Source: a virus
Lineage: Duplodnaviria > Heunggongvirae > Uroviricota > Caudoviricetes
Length of the DNA: 64,000 nucleotides
Strand: one strand, 5' to 3'
IMG/VR virus record: IMGVR_UViG_3300013102_000004
Coordinates: 70,630-134,629 of that record
Positions 20,025 through 29,839 of this stretch are shown piece after piece. A program made the position numbers and the translations under genes. Every line of letters begins with the position of its first letter. The stretch's first letter is position 1. A model generated the notes under the pieces. It did no database searches, had not been told where the DNA came from, and saw only the letters and a list, made by a program, of their open reading frames with translations.

Positions 20025-21536
20025 TTAGCTGTTCCATTGTACGATTACCGCTCCGACAGGTTCTCCTGCTGTTCCAGCATTTGGAGAAACACCATCAATT
20101 GGTTCGTCAATTAACTCAATTGCAGAGATAAATGTATTTCCTGCAAAAGTATTATATACGTAATACGCATCTGCTGCGGTATAGGCTACTGAACTAGCAC
20201 CTACACCCGCGATTGATGACGCTACATTCTTGTCTGCATTAATCGTTACCGAATCCAAGCCTGCTGGGTAAACGATTACTACATGATAAATCTGATTAGG
20301 AAGCATGTTTGCTAGTGAGCTTGGTTGCCCATTTACATACACAGTCGCCCCGGTCGTGTCGATCCACGTAGAGCTAGCCTGATTCAGTTCTCCCAGAAAC
20401 TCTAGTGTTCTGATCTGTTCTTCCTGAGCTGTCAAAGTTATACTGGCTTGTGTCATATCTGACTGATCAACATCGTAATAACCTGATCCGATCTTGCTTG
20501 GAATGTGCAGAGGTCCATCTACTGACAGATCAAAGAACGCAAGTGGGAAGTGAATTGATTCACTGCTTACTACGTCAATAAAGTAATCTGAGTCTGAGTC
20601 TGTCTGATGACGGAAGATGATGCTCGGGTAGTTCTGATAGAGATTGAGTGTCACCGGCAAACTGACCCATGTTGCACCCTGATCAATGCTGTACTCCACT
20701 GGGAATCCAGTTCTTCTATCTACTGACCAAATTGAGGTAGCTGTGCTTGACTGTACCGCCGCGTAAAAATATTCATTCTCGTAACTGAAGTCATTGTTCG
20801 TCAGTTCGTCAATACGTGGCTGACCCGCGTCATTCAAGTAGATGAACGATGCTGCTCCGTCTGGTCTTGGTACTGTATCGAGACGTTGTTGTCTGAACAG
20901 CTCAAAATATTCACGCGGTCTTGGCAATGTTCCGTCCAAACTGAATGCTATTTTGTCTACCAGCGTTACACCACCTGAACTACCCATGTTGAAGCTGCTC
21001 AGCGGCATTGCATCACCTTCGATGGTTACCGAGTCATTATTGAGCTGCATCGTGACAGTGTTACCGACTCTGTGCAAAGCGAAATAACTTACCTCTTCAA
21101 AGAAGATGATCTGCTTTTGCTCTAGAACTCCCTCCACCGGCCACGTCAGGGTGATCGTAGAGTTTGAATTCAGACGAACGCCGAAGTTGACGGTGCTTGA
21201 GATTCCGTATTCCTCTTCGTATTCTGGAATGTATTCCTCTACTGTGACCTCTGAGGTGAAAGAAATCAGATCAACATTTGACTGCTCTGGATACAGAACC
21301 ATACTGATTCCGAAGTCGGTGAATTCTGGACCTGTAATCTGACCGATATCAGACAATCTGACCGAACGTGAAGCATCCGAAACGATATTTCTATTCTTGA
21401 CTAGTGGATCATACGTAAAATTGATATCAGAAAAAGCACTATTGATCTGCCCTGTAATCGTGTTTCCAGAGGATTCTAGGGCAGACCAATATTGAGCTAG
21501 ATTGTAGTTTCTGATCTTTACGTCAAAATTCTTCAT
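20025..21536 (-). CDS. Putative virion structural protein (beta-rich, acidic)
   Basis: 503 aa, acidic and beta-rich, own promoter; function inferred only from position. Confidence 0.5.
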   Translation of the reverse strand: MKNFDVKIRNYNLAQYWSALESSGNTITGQINSAFSDINFTYDPLVKNRNIVSDASRSVRLSDIGQITGPEFTDFGISMVLYPEQSNVDLISFTSEVTVEEYIPEYEEEYGISSTVNFGVRLNSNSTITLTWPVEGVLEQKQIIFFEEVSYFALHRVGNTVTMQLNNDSVTIEGDAMPLSSFNMGSSGGVTLVDKIAFSLDGTLPRPREYFELFRQQRLDTVPRPDGAASFIYLNDAGQPRIDELTNNDFSYENEYFYAAVQSSTATSIWSVDRRTGFPVEYSIDQGATWVSLPVTLNLYQNYPSIIFRHQTDSDSDYFIDVVSSESIHFPLAFFDLSVDGPLHIPSKIGSGYYDVDQSDMTQASITLTAQEEQIRTLEFLGELNQASSTWIDTTGATVYVNGQPSSLANMLPNQIYHVVIVYPAGLDSVTINADKNVASSIAGVGASSVAYTAADAYYVYNTFAGNTFISAIELIDEPIDGVSPNAGTAGEPVGAVIVQWNS

Positions 21537-21556
21537 TATCTTCTACTATACCATAT

Positions 21557-21751
21557 TTAGTATGTATCCGAATACATTTCTGTGTAAGAATCAGGAATTG
21601 TAGTGCCTGGATCGACGTGAGGAACGAATTCTCTATCATTTCTCTCGTCACCCTTTTCGTCCCATCCTCTTGCCTTACGGTCATCGAGAATGCGTAACCA
21701 CTTACGGTCAAATCTTTCCTGTGCTGTCTCTTCTACGTACATAATGTTCAC
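21557..21751 (-). CDS. Hypothetical protein
   Basis: 64 aa filling the intergenic gap on the coding strand. Confidence 0.45.
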   Translation of the reverse strand: MNIMYVEETAQERFDRKWLRILDDRKARGWDEKGDERNDREFVPHVDPGTTIPDSYTEMYSDTY

Positions 21752-21754
21752 GAC

Positions 21755-23260
21755 TTATGCAAATCGTGGAAGGTCACCTTCAATCACACGCACTCTATCA
21801 ACAGTCATTACGTTGGTTGCTGCATTAGCACCCGACCATTGTGGAGAAATCTGAACCGTCAGCAATGAACCTGGCGAATCAATTTTCTTGGTTAGATACA
21901 ACCAGTGGAAACGATTACGAGTAGCTGATGAAATATCAACACGTCTCTGCGTACCTGATCCACCCTGATCCTTGACCAGCAGACCTACACCCGCGATTGT
22001 GTTGGTTGTCGGAACGAAAATTCTGATTCCAACAGTGATCAGCTTGCCGGATACTAGACCCTTGATTCCGAGAGATGCTGGTGTAGCTGAGAACTGAGCA
22101 AAACATGTACCTGTAGCGGTAGCTGTAAGCTTCATTCCGTATGTGCCAGTCTCGAAATTGGTTGTATCCTTTTCTGCTGTAACCTGAGTGAGGGTCCATC
22201 CTGTTGGAGGGGAACCATCTGTCCAGTCTGCGAATTCAGTATTAGGAATCAGTGATCTTGCTGGCTCCACGAAATACGATGGACGCTGAGCTGGGGAAGG
22301 TACTGCTCCTGTGTACTTCAAAGCCTTCATGACTGTATCTGCCCACAACTGAGAACCGTTAGGTGCTGGTGAATCTGCTGATGTTGTAGGGTGGATATTG
22401 TCAACCTTGGTGTACGCCTGAGCATTTCCTGTGTCAGTGAATGCCTGGTGAACGTCAATGAATCCGTATCCGTGACGAGCTGCCAAAGCCTGTAGCTCTG
22501 TAGCCTTGATATTCTGCCAAGTTTCACGTCCTGCTGTGTAGCTTGGATTCTGAGACATTAGAATAATGCCCGAGTCGGGGAAAATCTGGCTTAGCTCTTC
22601 AGTCAAGATCATCACGTTAGGTCTGAAACTAGCTCTTAGGTTCGGAGTAGTAACATCTAACATGTTGTGACTATGAGAGATAAAGATTGTGTCTGGTACG
22701 TCAGGCAATGACTCGTATGCCTGAGTGAAGCGTTCTCCAACGAAATGGAAAGTCGCAAAACCTGATACAGAACAGTTCCAATAGGTAAGTACTGGCGGTG
22801 TTGTGCCGGTTCCTGTCTGGATTGTCACTGCTGCATCGTATGTTCGGCTGGTATCGTTCCAAAGACGGTAATTGACTGTGTACTTAGGGAACTGAGCTGC
22901 TAGAGCCTGAGCTTCTAAGTAAATGTGTTCAAGCTGTTCGTTACCTGTTGAGTCACCAACGTACAATACTGTAGCTGAGTCAATACCTCTATTTAACTTA
23001 TTCAGTAGTCTACTGGCATTGGCTGCCGCCGAATTCTGGCCTAGTCCCAGATTAGTTACACTATTTGTAGTCGCCAATGGTGCGAAGATTGCGTTACCAA
23101 CCTCGTTTACACGAGCATCTACGGCTGTCTGGTCTATTGCTGAATCTAATTCTGTCTTAACTTCTTTGAGTGCCGCGTGGATAATCGTGTGATCATCAAT
23201 ATGTCCTGGCGAATTAGCAACCGGAACTTCTGGCAACTGACTTACATTGTCTAGTGTCAT
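21755..23260 (-). CDS. SGNH/GDSL esterase with C-terminal CBM-like domain (candidate tailspike)
   Basis: VLYVGDSTG (block I), ISHSHN, DNIHP (DxxH); C-terminal LIPNTEFADWTDGSPPTGW is CBM4/9-like. Confidence 0.75.
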   Translation of the reverse strand: MTLDNVSQLPEVPVANSPGHIDDHTIIHAALKEVKTELDSAIDQTAVDARVNEVGNAIFAPLATTNSVTNLGLGQNSAAANASRLLNKLNRGIDSATVLYVGDSTGNEQLEHIYLEAQALAAQFPKYTVNYRLWNDTSRTYDAAVTIQTGTGTTPPVLTYWNCSVSGFATFHFVGERFTQAYESLPDVPDTIFISHSHNMLDVTTPNLRASFRPNVMILTEELSQIFPDSGIILMSQNPSYTAGRETWQNIKATELQALAARHGYGFIDVHQAFTDTGNAQAYTKVDNIHPTTSADSPAPNGSQLWADTVMKALKYTGAVPSPAQRPSYFVEPARSLIPNTEFADWTDGSPPTGWTLTQVTAEKDTTNFETGTYGMKLTATATGTCFAQFSATPASLGIKGLVSGKLITVGIRIFVPTTNTIAGVGLLVKDQGGSGTQRRVDISSATRNRFHWLYLTKKIDSPGSLLTVQISPQWSGANAATNVMTVDRVRVIEGDLPRFA

Positions 23261-23296
23261 TATATGATTTTATCATACTTTGGTATGATAAATGCT

Positions 23297-25207
23297 TTAC
23301 GCATTCGCTCCCGTCGCATCTTTCCAGTTTGTTCCATCGGACCAAATTGGCTTGCCTAGAGTGGTATCAAAAATATTTGTACCTGTTCCGGCTGTTGCTG
23401 CTGAAGGTCTAGTTGCAGTAGTGTATGACTTGATCTGAAGTCCACCGTTTATCGTTGCTCTTCCGTCACTTCTACGAATTGTCAAGTAATCTGCAATCTT
23501 AGTTCCGTTGTCTCCGTAACCTGCAACCACGAAATTAGAACCGGCATTTGAACCTGACTCTGCATCTCCTGATGCTGCAACGTCCCAACGAGCACTGCTG
23601 GCTGTTAATGCCTGACCAATCTGTCTTCTAGAACCTGCTGCTCCGTTTACATCTGAACCACGAACGGTTCCTGAAGCTGTATTTGCACCTGCCCTTAAAC
23701 CGCTTGGCAAAATAAGCATAGACTGAATGATTGTGGAACCAAGCATTCTACGCTCGAAACTGGCACTGTCTGAAGCTGCTGTTCTGCGTGTACCAGAAAA
23801 TACGATGCCTGAATAATCCGGTGCTGTCGTACCATCTAGATACAACGGGTAGTTCGTTCTTGGAGTGCTTCTATTGTCGATAACCTTAACATCTGTAGCA
23901 TTGAATCCTGAGACGGTACCGGCTGCAATACCACCTGTACCAATACCAAAGTTCTGTGTTGTTGATGTATCTGGGATGACTGTTGTTCCGTCGTAATCGA
24001 ATTCAGAACCAGCATTGATAATCAGACCGTTACGAACCGTAATATCCTTCGATCCTGTGACTTGAATTCCACCCTTTGCACAGTCAATTAGAACAAAGTC
24101 ATTGATTTCAATGTTGCTTGCGTAGTCTGTTGGTGTTGTTCTGTTGTCACTTGGGTATCCACCAAATCTGATTCCGATACCACCTGAACCGTCTGGCTCA
24201 TCGGATGGACCTCTGCTTACACCATTAATGTAAACACCTGTGATCTTACCGTTCTTAGGACCGTTGTCCAGTACGATACCGCCCAATCCCGCATTCATAA
24301 TGCTGACATTAGAGATATTGAAGTTCTCCGGTCCCTTTCCTGCTGGACCATCTGTAGTCAAGAATCCCGATACCCAAACTCCGTAGAATGCTGGGTTGAT
24401 TGCGTACAAACCTGAAGCAATGACGGACTTGTTGCCACGACTAAACGAGAATCCGTTATCTGCCGATAGGACTGAAACAAGATTATGTGCAACGACGCGC
24501 TCACAGTAAATCCAACCAGGGTCCATTGTGTTTCTGAACTCAGAGTTAGTTACTTCTGCTGTTCCCGATACTCCTGAGAATATGAAGGGAAGTGTGCGTG
24601 AGCCATTGATCGCTACGTTGTTGATCTTGATGTTTTCAACCTTTGGGTAGGCTGGATTTGGTGTTGATCCGTCGTTTGCTGGGATTCTATCTCCACGGAA
24701 TGTGAAAGCCTGACTGAATCCCGGCGTTGGACTGAATACTCTAGCTCTGCGTGGTCCTGTAGCATCGTCCACAACAGTTCCCTTAACTGAAAAATCAGTG
24801 AATGTTAGGTTGGAACATGGTCCGCTTGTCCAGAATACCGAATCCACCTGATTGTTGGAAGCTGTTCCAGGAACAAAGATTTCGGTACTTCTTATTCCAT
24901 TTCCACTGACTTTCAGGCGAGAGCAACCATTCATGTTGATGCCTTGCTTGAAGACGTAATTACTAGCCTTCATTCTGACTTCTTTGATTCTGTTATCCTT
25001 TGCGTAAATAACAGCTCTCTGCACCATTTGGTGATCTGCGGTATCGGAACTCTGTCTGAAATCCTCTACGTCTACATATGATTGACCCTTATCCAGGTTT
25101 GTCTTAATTTCTTTTAAGGCTGCGTGAATAATCTCATGGTCCTTCGGATGACCAGGATCATTCTTAACTGGTCTCTCCGGTAATTGGCTTACGTTGTCTA
25201 GTGTCAT
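23297..25207 (-). CDS. Beta-helix (pectate-lyase-like) polysaccharide depolymerase / tailspike
   Basis: YVDVEDF..MVQRAV start, N/I/G-rich beta-helix periodicity, C-terminal FDTTLGKPIWSDGTNWKDATG fibre-type motif. Confidence 0.75.
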   Translation of the reverse strand: MTLDNVSQLPERPVKNDPGHPKDHEIIHAALKEIKTNLDKGQSYVDVEDFRQSSDTADHQMVQRAVIYAKDNRIKEVRMKASNYVFKQGINMNGCSRLKVSGNGIRSTEIFVPGTASNNQVDSVFWTSGPCSNLTFTDFSVKGTVVDDATGPRRARVFSPTPGFSQAFTFRGDRIPANDGSTPNPAYPKVENIKINNVAINGSRTLPFIFSGVSGTAEVTNSEFRNTMDPGWIYCERVVAHNLVSVLSADNGFSFSRGNKSVIASGLYAINPAFYGVWVSGFLTTDGPAGKGPENFNISNVSIMNAGLGGIVLDNGPKNGKITGVYINGVSRGPSDEPDGSGGIGIRFGGYPSDNRTTPTDYASNIEINDFVLIDCAKGGIQVTGSKDITVRNGLIINAGSEFDYDGTTVIPDTSTTQNFGIGTGGIAAGTVSGFNATDVKVIDNRSTPRTNYPLYLDGTTAPDYSGIVFSGTRRTAASDSASFERRMLGSTIIQSMLILPSGLRAGANTASGTVRGSDVNGAAGSRRQIGQALTASSARWDVAASGDAESGSNAGSNFVVAGYGDNGTKIADYLTIRRSDGRATINGGLQIKSYTTATRPSAATAGTGTNIFDTTLGKPIWSDGTNWKDATGANA

Positions 25208-25266
25208 AGTCCAATTTTATCATACTTTAGTACTAAAATTATTTAATGTTAACTGCTGTAGATACA

Positions 25267-25292
25267 CAGAAAGCACCTTTCGGGGCTTTCTG
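25267..25292 (-). terminator. Terminator between lysin and tailspike genes
   Basis: IR CAGAAAGC/GCTTTCTG with GC-rich loop. Confidence 0.65.
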
Positions 25293-25441
25293 CATTACCT
25301 AAGGTAGCGAAATTCAGGTATGCACTTCTGGTGGTGTGTAACGACACTGAGAGTCCTATTCACTCTCAGTCAGCAAGTCTCTAAACTGTAGACTCTAGAC
25401 CATGTTCGTAGGATTAGTACGCTGGACATACCTTAATTATA
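25267..25441 (-). ncRNA. Candidate ~165-nt small RNA (or 19-aa micropeptide transcript)
   Basis: TATAAT at 25441-25436, hairpins AGTCT/AGACT and ACTGAGAGT/ACTCTCAGT, own terminator. Confidence 0.35.
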
Positions 25442-26839
25442 CTACCCTGTTCTCTTAATGTCTACTCTCTTGCCGCTCAAAACCAAGTAGATATCATTTG
25501 TCTTTGTATCCTCTTCGATTGAACCTGCTTCGAAATTGGCACGACGCTTGCCGTCCTTTTCGACAACATCAGAGATTGGCATACCTAGGCGTCCATTTTC
25601 GTAACCTAGCTGACCATAAATCTTAAAGATTTCACCTGTGATCGCATTTGCATCCTTGGTGCTTGTCAGATTGTAAATTGCTCCGTTCTCAAACGACTGA
25701 ACGAATCCTCTACGATCCTGTGTCGCAACTGCTGTTCCGGTCGGATAGCCAAGCTTGGCTTCGTATCCCACGCGTGCGTATTCATCCCATATTGGACCGT
25801 ACAGAATTTCTTTTGCACCTGTCTTAGGACTGAAGTAGATGTGACCCTTTTTAAATCTCTGCAAGCGTCCTATGCCGTCTGGTGGTGTAATCTCGTCGGT
25901 CTCGGGGAATCCTAGAATTCCGTTCTCCCACTTCAATTCAGCCCAACGGCTACCGATGACACCATTCAATACGTAACCCTGCTTGTCAGCATCACTGTAA
26001 TAGATAGAGCCATTCTGGAACGCCTGAGCTTCACCACCATTGATCTTGATTGCGTCGGCAACTGGGTAACCCAAGAATCCGATTTCCCAACTGTTCAGTT
26101 CGAACTTTGGCCAAATATTTTTGTTAATTGTTCTAGCGCCAAAGTTTGGATGCCAGTAGATGTGACCGAACTCGTATTCCGCGAATTTTCCTACGCTGTC
26201 AGCACAAGGCAACTCGTCACCAACGGTGATCTTCTTTCCTAGCCAAGGGTTTTCACGATACTTAGCCTGAATTGCTGATTCCTTAGGCTTGTCGCCCTCG
26301 TTGTACCAGCGATTGACTTCACGTCCGAACCATGCAGCATCGAAACCTGCTGGGTCAATCTTTCCATCACGCTTATTGTAATCTCTGTGGAAAATCCAAC
26401 GATCTGCTGGAAGTCCTAAATCCTTAAGTAAAGCTGCTACAACCTTGGGGTAATTTGAGCGCTGTGCGTCTGTCCAGTCGTTGTAACCGTTTGACACGCC
26501 TTCAATTCCAATCGAGTAGTAATTTCCGTTGCCTTCTGGCGCTCCCCACATTGCAGGTCCGTAACCCGCGTGCCAACAGACACCCTGAGCGATAATATGT
26601 GGATTACCGTCTCTCTTTAGAACTAGCTGAGACAATGGACCTGGCAAATCTGATCGTCCGTCTCTAACTACTCTAATATCTCCTGACTCATTGCCACCGG
26701 CAGTATGATGCAACACTAAGAATTGTACTTTGACAATATCTCCGTGACCTCTATTACGCCAACCTGGCTCTTCTGTGTATTTGATCCCGAACTTCTGAAA
26801 AGCTTCTGGGTATCTTGTGTAATCTGCTATTTCAATCAT
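25442..26839 (-). CDS. Endolysin: Amidase_2 N-acetylmuramoyl-L-alanine amidase with LGFP repeats
   Basis: LHHTAGG, CWHAG, SIGIE, HRDY..KIDP; repeats FLGYP, ILGFP, KLGYP, RLGMP. Confidence 0.93.
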   Translation of the reverse strand: MIEIADYTRYPEAFQKFGIKYTEEPGWRNRGHGDIVKVQFLVLHHTAGGNESGDIRVVRDGRSDLPGPLSQLVLKRDGNPHIIAQGVCWHAGYGPAMWGAPEGNGNYYSIGIEGVSNGYNDWTDAQRSNYPKVVAALLKDLGLPADRWIFHRDYNKRDGKIDPAGFDAAWFGREVNRWYNEGDKPKESAIQAKYRENPWLGKKITVGDELPCADSVGKFAEYEFGHIYWHPNFGARTINKNIWPKFELNSWEIGFLGYPVADAIKINGGEAQAFQNGSIYYSDADKQGYVLNGVIGSRWAELKWENGILGFPETDEITPPDGIGRLQRFKKGHIYFSPKTGAKEILYGPIWDEYARVGYEAKLGYPTGTAVATQDRRGFVQSFENGAIYNLTSTKDANAITGEIFKIYGQLGYENGRLGMPISDVVEKDGKRRANFEAGSIEEDTKTNDIYLVLSGKRVDIKRTG

Positions 26840-26872
26840 TCCCTTTCTTTTGATTACTCTTATTATAGCAAA

Positions 26873-26902
26873 ATAGACCAGACTCCGTAGAATCTGGTCT
26901 AT
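26873..26902 (-). terminator. Terminator of nrd operon, abutting the lysin promoter
   Basis: 10-bp IR ATAGACCAGA/TCTGGTCTAT then TTT; TGCTATAAT follows. Confidence 0.8.
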
Positions 26903-26921
26903 CTGCTTTAACTATCCGAAT

Positions 26922-27017
26922 TTAGCCTTCGCAAGCTGTGCATTCGGAACCGTTCTCGATTGCGCAACTCTGTGTATCGAAACTAGTGTTACTCCAATCA
27001 ATGTTGAAATCGTCCAT
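26922..27017 (-). CDS. 31-aa Cys-rich peptide resembling the NrdA C-terminal redox tail (not in ORF track)
   Basis: MDDFNIDWSNTSFDTQSCAIENGSECTACEG*; AAGGAG RBS; in frame with nrdA, one codon after its TAA. Confidence 0.75.
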   Translation of the reverse strand: MDDFNIDWSNTSFDTQSCAIENGSECTACEG

Positions 27018-27020
27018 AAA

Positions 27021-28715
27021 TTATCTCTCCTTCTTTGTATTTTTAGAAGCCTGGATTCCTGCCTTGCTGCGCATGTAGTAAAGACCCTTTATGTACGGGT
27101 CAAGCATGGCTAGCTTGTGAATCTTGCTGATGTAGGCCGGAGACTCGTTAGCGTCAAAGAAAAGATTTAGCGATTGTCCCTGGTCAATAAATTTTTGTCG
27201 TTCAGATGCTTGTTCGATTATGGCCTCTTGATTAATCTCATAAGCTGTCTTGAATACTTCCTTCTCATGGTCAGACAACCAATCGACATTTTGAACCGAT
27301 CCTGAGTCATCAATTATCTCGTCAATTGTCTTCTGGTCGTACTTTCCACGTTCCTTCATAATGTCAATCAGGGTAGGGTTGATTCGTGCCATTTCTCCTG
27401 CTGCTGAGGACTGATTAAATACGTTTGCAACGATCGGCTCAATACCCTGACTGACTCCACCAACAAGTAACGCGGTGGACATTGTTGGAGCGACTGCCAT
27501 TAGGTGACTGTTACGTCTTCCCTTTGGTGCCCACTCTGCTGAACCAGCTTTTTCACCCATCCAAGACGAAGCCTCTTCTGCGTAACCTCTGATTCCAGAA
27601 AAGATAAACTTATTCAGATTTTGAGCCTCTTGCGAATCGAAAGGAATGCTCTTGGACTGCAATAGTGTGTGCCAACCCATGACGCCCAATCCAAGCGCTC
27701 TGCTCTTCTCTGTAAAACGAACTACCTTTTCCATACCCTTGACCTTGCTGCCACGATCTATCAAATCCTGAGCAATACAGTCAAGGAAAACTGTTGCGAT
27801 GAATACTAAGTCAGTACCCTTCCATTCGTCATACTTTGCTAAGTTAAGTGAACTAAGTACACAGCTAAAACTATGATCCGCGTCAGAGTGCAATGCAATC
27901 TCCGAACACAGATTAGAAGCCTTGACGCTCAATCCCTTTTCAGCATATCCGGCTGGATTCTGACGGTTCACCTTGTCAATGAACCAGAGATAACCCTTAC
28001 CTGTCACAGCGCGAGTCTTGAGAATCTTTTGGTAACGACGAATCGTATCCTTATCACCGGACTTTAGCTTGTCAATGAAATTATCTGTGATGTTCCAACC
28101 GACATTCAGCCCGTCTGGGTTGTTATAGAGATAATCAATGACTTCATCGAAATCATCGTGATCAGCCTCTAGATAGCCTGCCCAAGCGCCACGACGCGTA
28201 GAACCCTGGCTGGTGTCGTCCATATCTTGAACGAAGCCTTTGAATACCGGCAAAACTCCGTTAGCTTTTCCATTGTCGCCGTAAGCTGATCCTCGTGGGC
28301 GAATGTCGCCAAGATATCCACTAGTACCAAATCCTTGCTTTGTCAATACTGCTGATTCTAGACGTGAATCGTAGAATCCATAAATTGAATCTTCAATGTA
28401 GTTACCAGTACAGCTTACAGCCATACCGCGCTCTGTTCCTAGATTCGCAAGAACCGGAGTACTTGGACTTAGCCAACCGTTCCAGATTGCTTCAAAGAAC
28501 CTTTCTTCCCAGTCGATTTCGTCACCGTACAAGCGTACTGCTATTTCACCAGCCGCTTCGGCAATTCTTACATATCTATCTGCAAGGCTCTGCCCCGACT
28601 CAGCATACTTTAACTTAAACATCTGGTAGCCGGGTGTGATGTACCAATCAGGTACTTCTCCCTTTTCCTGAAGTTCTTTGCGTTCTGCCGAGATTTGCTC
28701 ATAAATGCTTGTCAT
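27021..28715 (-). CDS. nrdA: Class Ia ribonucleotide reductase alpha subunit (no ATP cone, no C-terminal CxxC)
   Basis: PSTP, VSC, SNLCSEI (N/C/E active site), SCVLSSLNL, APTMST, YYMRS. Confidence 0.95.
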   Translation of the reverse strand: MTSIYEQISAERKELQEKGEVPDWYITPGYQMFKLKYAESGQSLADRYVRIAEAAGEIAVRLYGDEIDWEERFFEAIWNGWLSPSTPVLANLGTERGMAVSCTGNYIEDSIYGFYDSRLESAVLTKQGFGTSGYLGDIRPRGSAYGDNGKANGVLPVFKGFVQDMDDTSQGSTRRGAWAGYLEADHDDFDEVIDYLYNNPDGLNVGWNITDNFIDKLKSGDKDTIRRYQKILKTRAVTGKGYLWFIDKVNRQNPAGYAEKGLSVKASNLCSEIALHSDADHSFSCVLSSLNLAKYDEWKGTDLVFIATVFLDCIAQDLIDRGSKVKGMEKVVRFTEKSRALGLGVMGWHTLLQSKSIPFDSQEAQNLNKFIFSGIRGYAEEASSWMGEKAGSAEWAPKGRRNSHLMAVAPTMSTALLVGGVSQGIEPIVANVFNQSSAAGEMARINPTLIDIMKERGKYDQKTIDEIIDDSGSVQNVDWLSDHEKEVFKTAYEINQEAIIEQASERQKFIDQGQSLNLFFDANESPAYISKIHKLAMLDPYIKGLYYMRSKAGIQASKNTKKER

Positions 28716-29713
28716 TAAAAAGTAAATCCTCCATCTTCTGTGTCTTCAAACGTAAATGCATTTTCATCCCAGTCTCGGTTGTACTCGGACTGCACTCCGT
28801 TGAAGAAGTCTCCGAACTGAGTGGAATTAATTCCCTTGTAGAACCATTCTGCTACTGGATTCTCATCAATCTCAAACTGGAAATTGATATCCAAGTTGTC
28901 AAGACACATATTGATACGTGACTTAACAAAAATCTCTAAGTCGTGCTGGTTCAGGCCGGGAATATCGCCCTTCTCAAAGATCATTTCAATGATTCGCTTT
29001 TCATGCTCAAATACTGCGTGGGCAGCTTCGACAATCTTCAAATCAAGAATTGCTTTTTGTGTGCTTGTCTGCTCTGATTCACTCTGCAATGTTCGGTACA
29101 ACCAAGCACCCGCTTGCGCGTGCAAGTTCTCGTCACGAACACTAAAGTTAATTCCTCTACAGACATTGTTCAACAGGTTCTTGCCCTGTGACTGAAATGA
29201 CTTCAGAAACGCAAAGCTAGAGTAAAGTACCGCACCTTCGAGCATACTGAACGTAGCCAAGCTGTAAAGCAAATCATCACTGTCTGCGGCGGCATTGACA
29301 AAATCAATACGTGCCTTCAGGTCTGGATCATCTGCATAACTAGAATAGAATTCATCTGTGTTCAGCAACATTGCTTCATTCAGCTTGTTGTAGAACGGAG
29401 CGTGGACATTGATTTCAAAGAAACCGAATGCATTGCTCATCATCTCAATATCAGGGCGTGGGAAGCTGTTCTTTACTTTACCGCCCCAATATTCGTTGCC
29501 TACTAGCAACTCATACAAAGTAAATAGCTTTAGAACTGTGATCACTCCGTGCTTTTCAGCTTCGGTCATGTTCACGCGTAAATCTTGTACATCTTTCTCA
29601 ACATTGATCTCATCTGGTGACCAGAACACGTCTCGCTGAGTCTTGGCAAACTTAACTGCCTCTGGGTAGTCAAAGGTATACGTATCCTTTGGTGTCGTAA
29701 TTCTCGGTGACAA
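28715..29713 (-). CDS. nrdB: Ribonucleotide reductase beta subunit (di-iron)
   Basis: FWSPDEI, EINVH..FY, LEG..LYSSF, RDENLH; TTG start with RBS AGGAG. Confidence 0.95.
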   Translation of the reverse strand: MSPRITTPKDTYTFDYPEAVKFAKTQRDVFWSPDEINVEKDVQDLRVNMTEAEKHGVITVLKLFTLYELLVGNEYWGGKVKNSFPRPDIEMMSNAFGFFEINVHAPFYNKLNEAMLLNTDEFYSSYADDPDLKARIDFVNAAADSDDLLYSLATFSMLEGAVLYSSFAFLKSFQSQGKNLLNNVCRGINFSVRDENLHAQAGAWLYRTLQSESEQTSTQKAILDLKIVEAAHAVFEHEKRIIEMIFEKGDIPGLNQHDLEIFVKSRINMCLDNLDINFQFEIDENPVAEWFYKGINSTQFGDFFNGVQSEYNRDWDENAFTFEDTEDGGFTF

Positions 29714-29839
29714 TTCTTCTCCTTTTTCTTATAATTTTTGCAGTGTTCACGGTGAAGAAGAGACAGTTATAGCCCTCTTTTTGTTTGAACTGGTTCTATC
29801 TATTATACGGCTTTGGGCTAAATAAGACAATCGTACTGT

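Noticed and set aside
27021-29713. Intein or intron in nrdA/nrdB
   Set aside because: Frames are continuous, with no insertion between catalytic motifs and no intein or LAGLIDADG signatures
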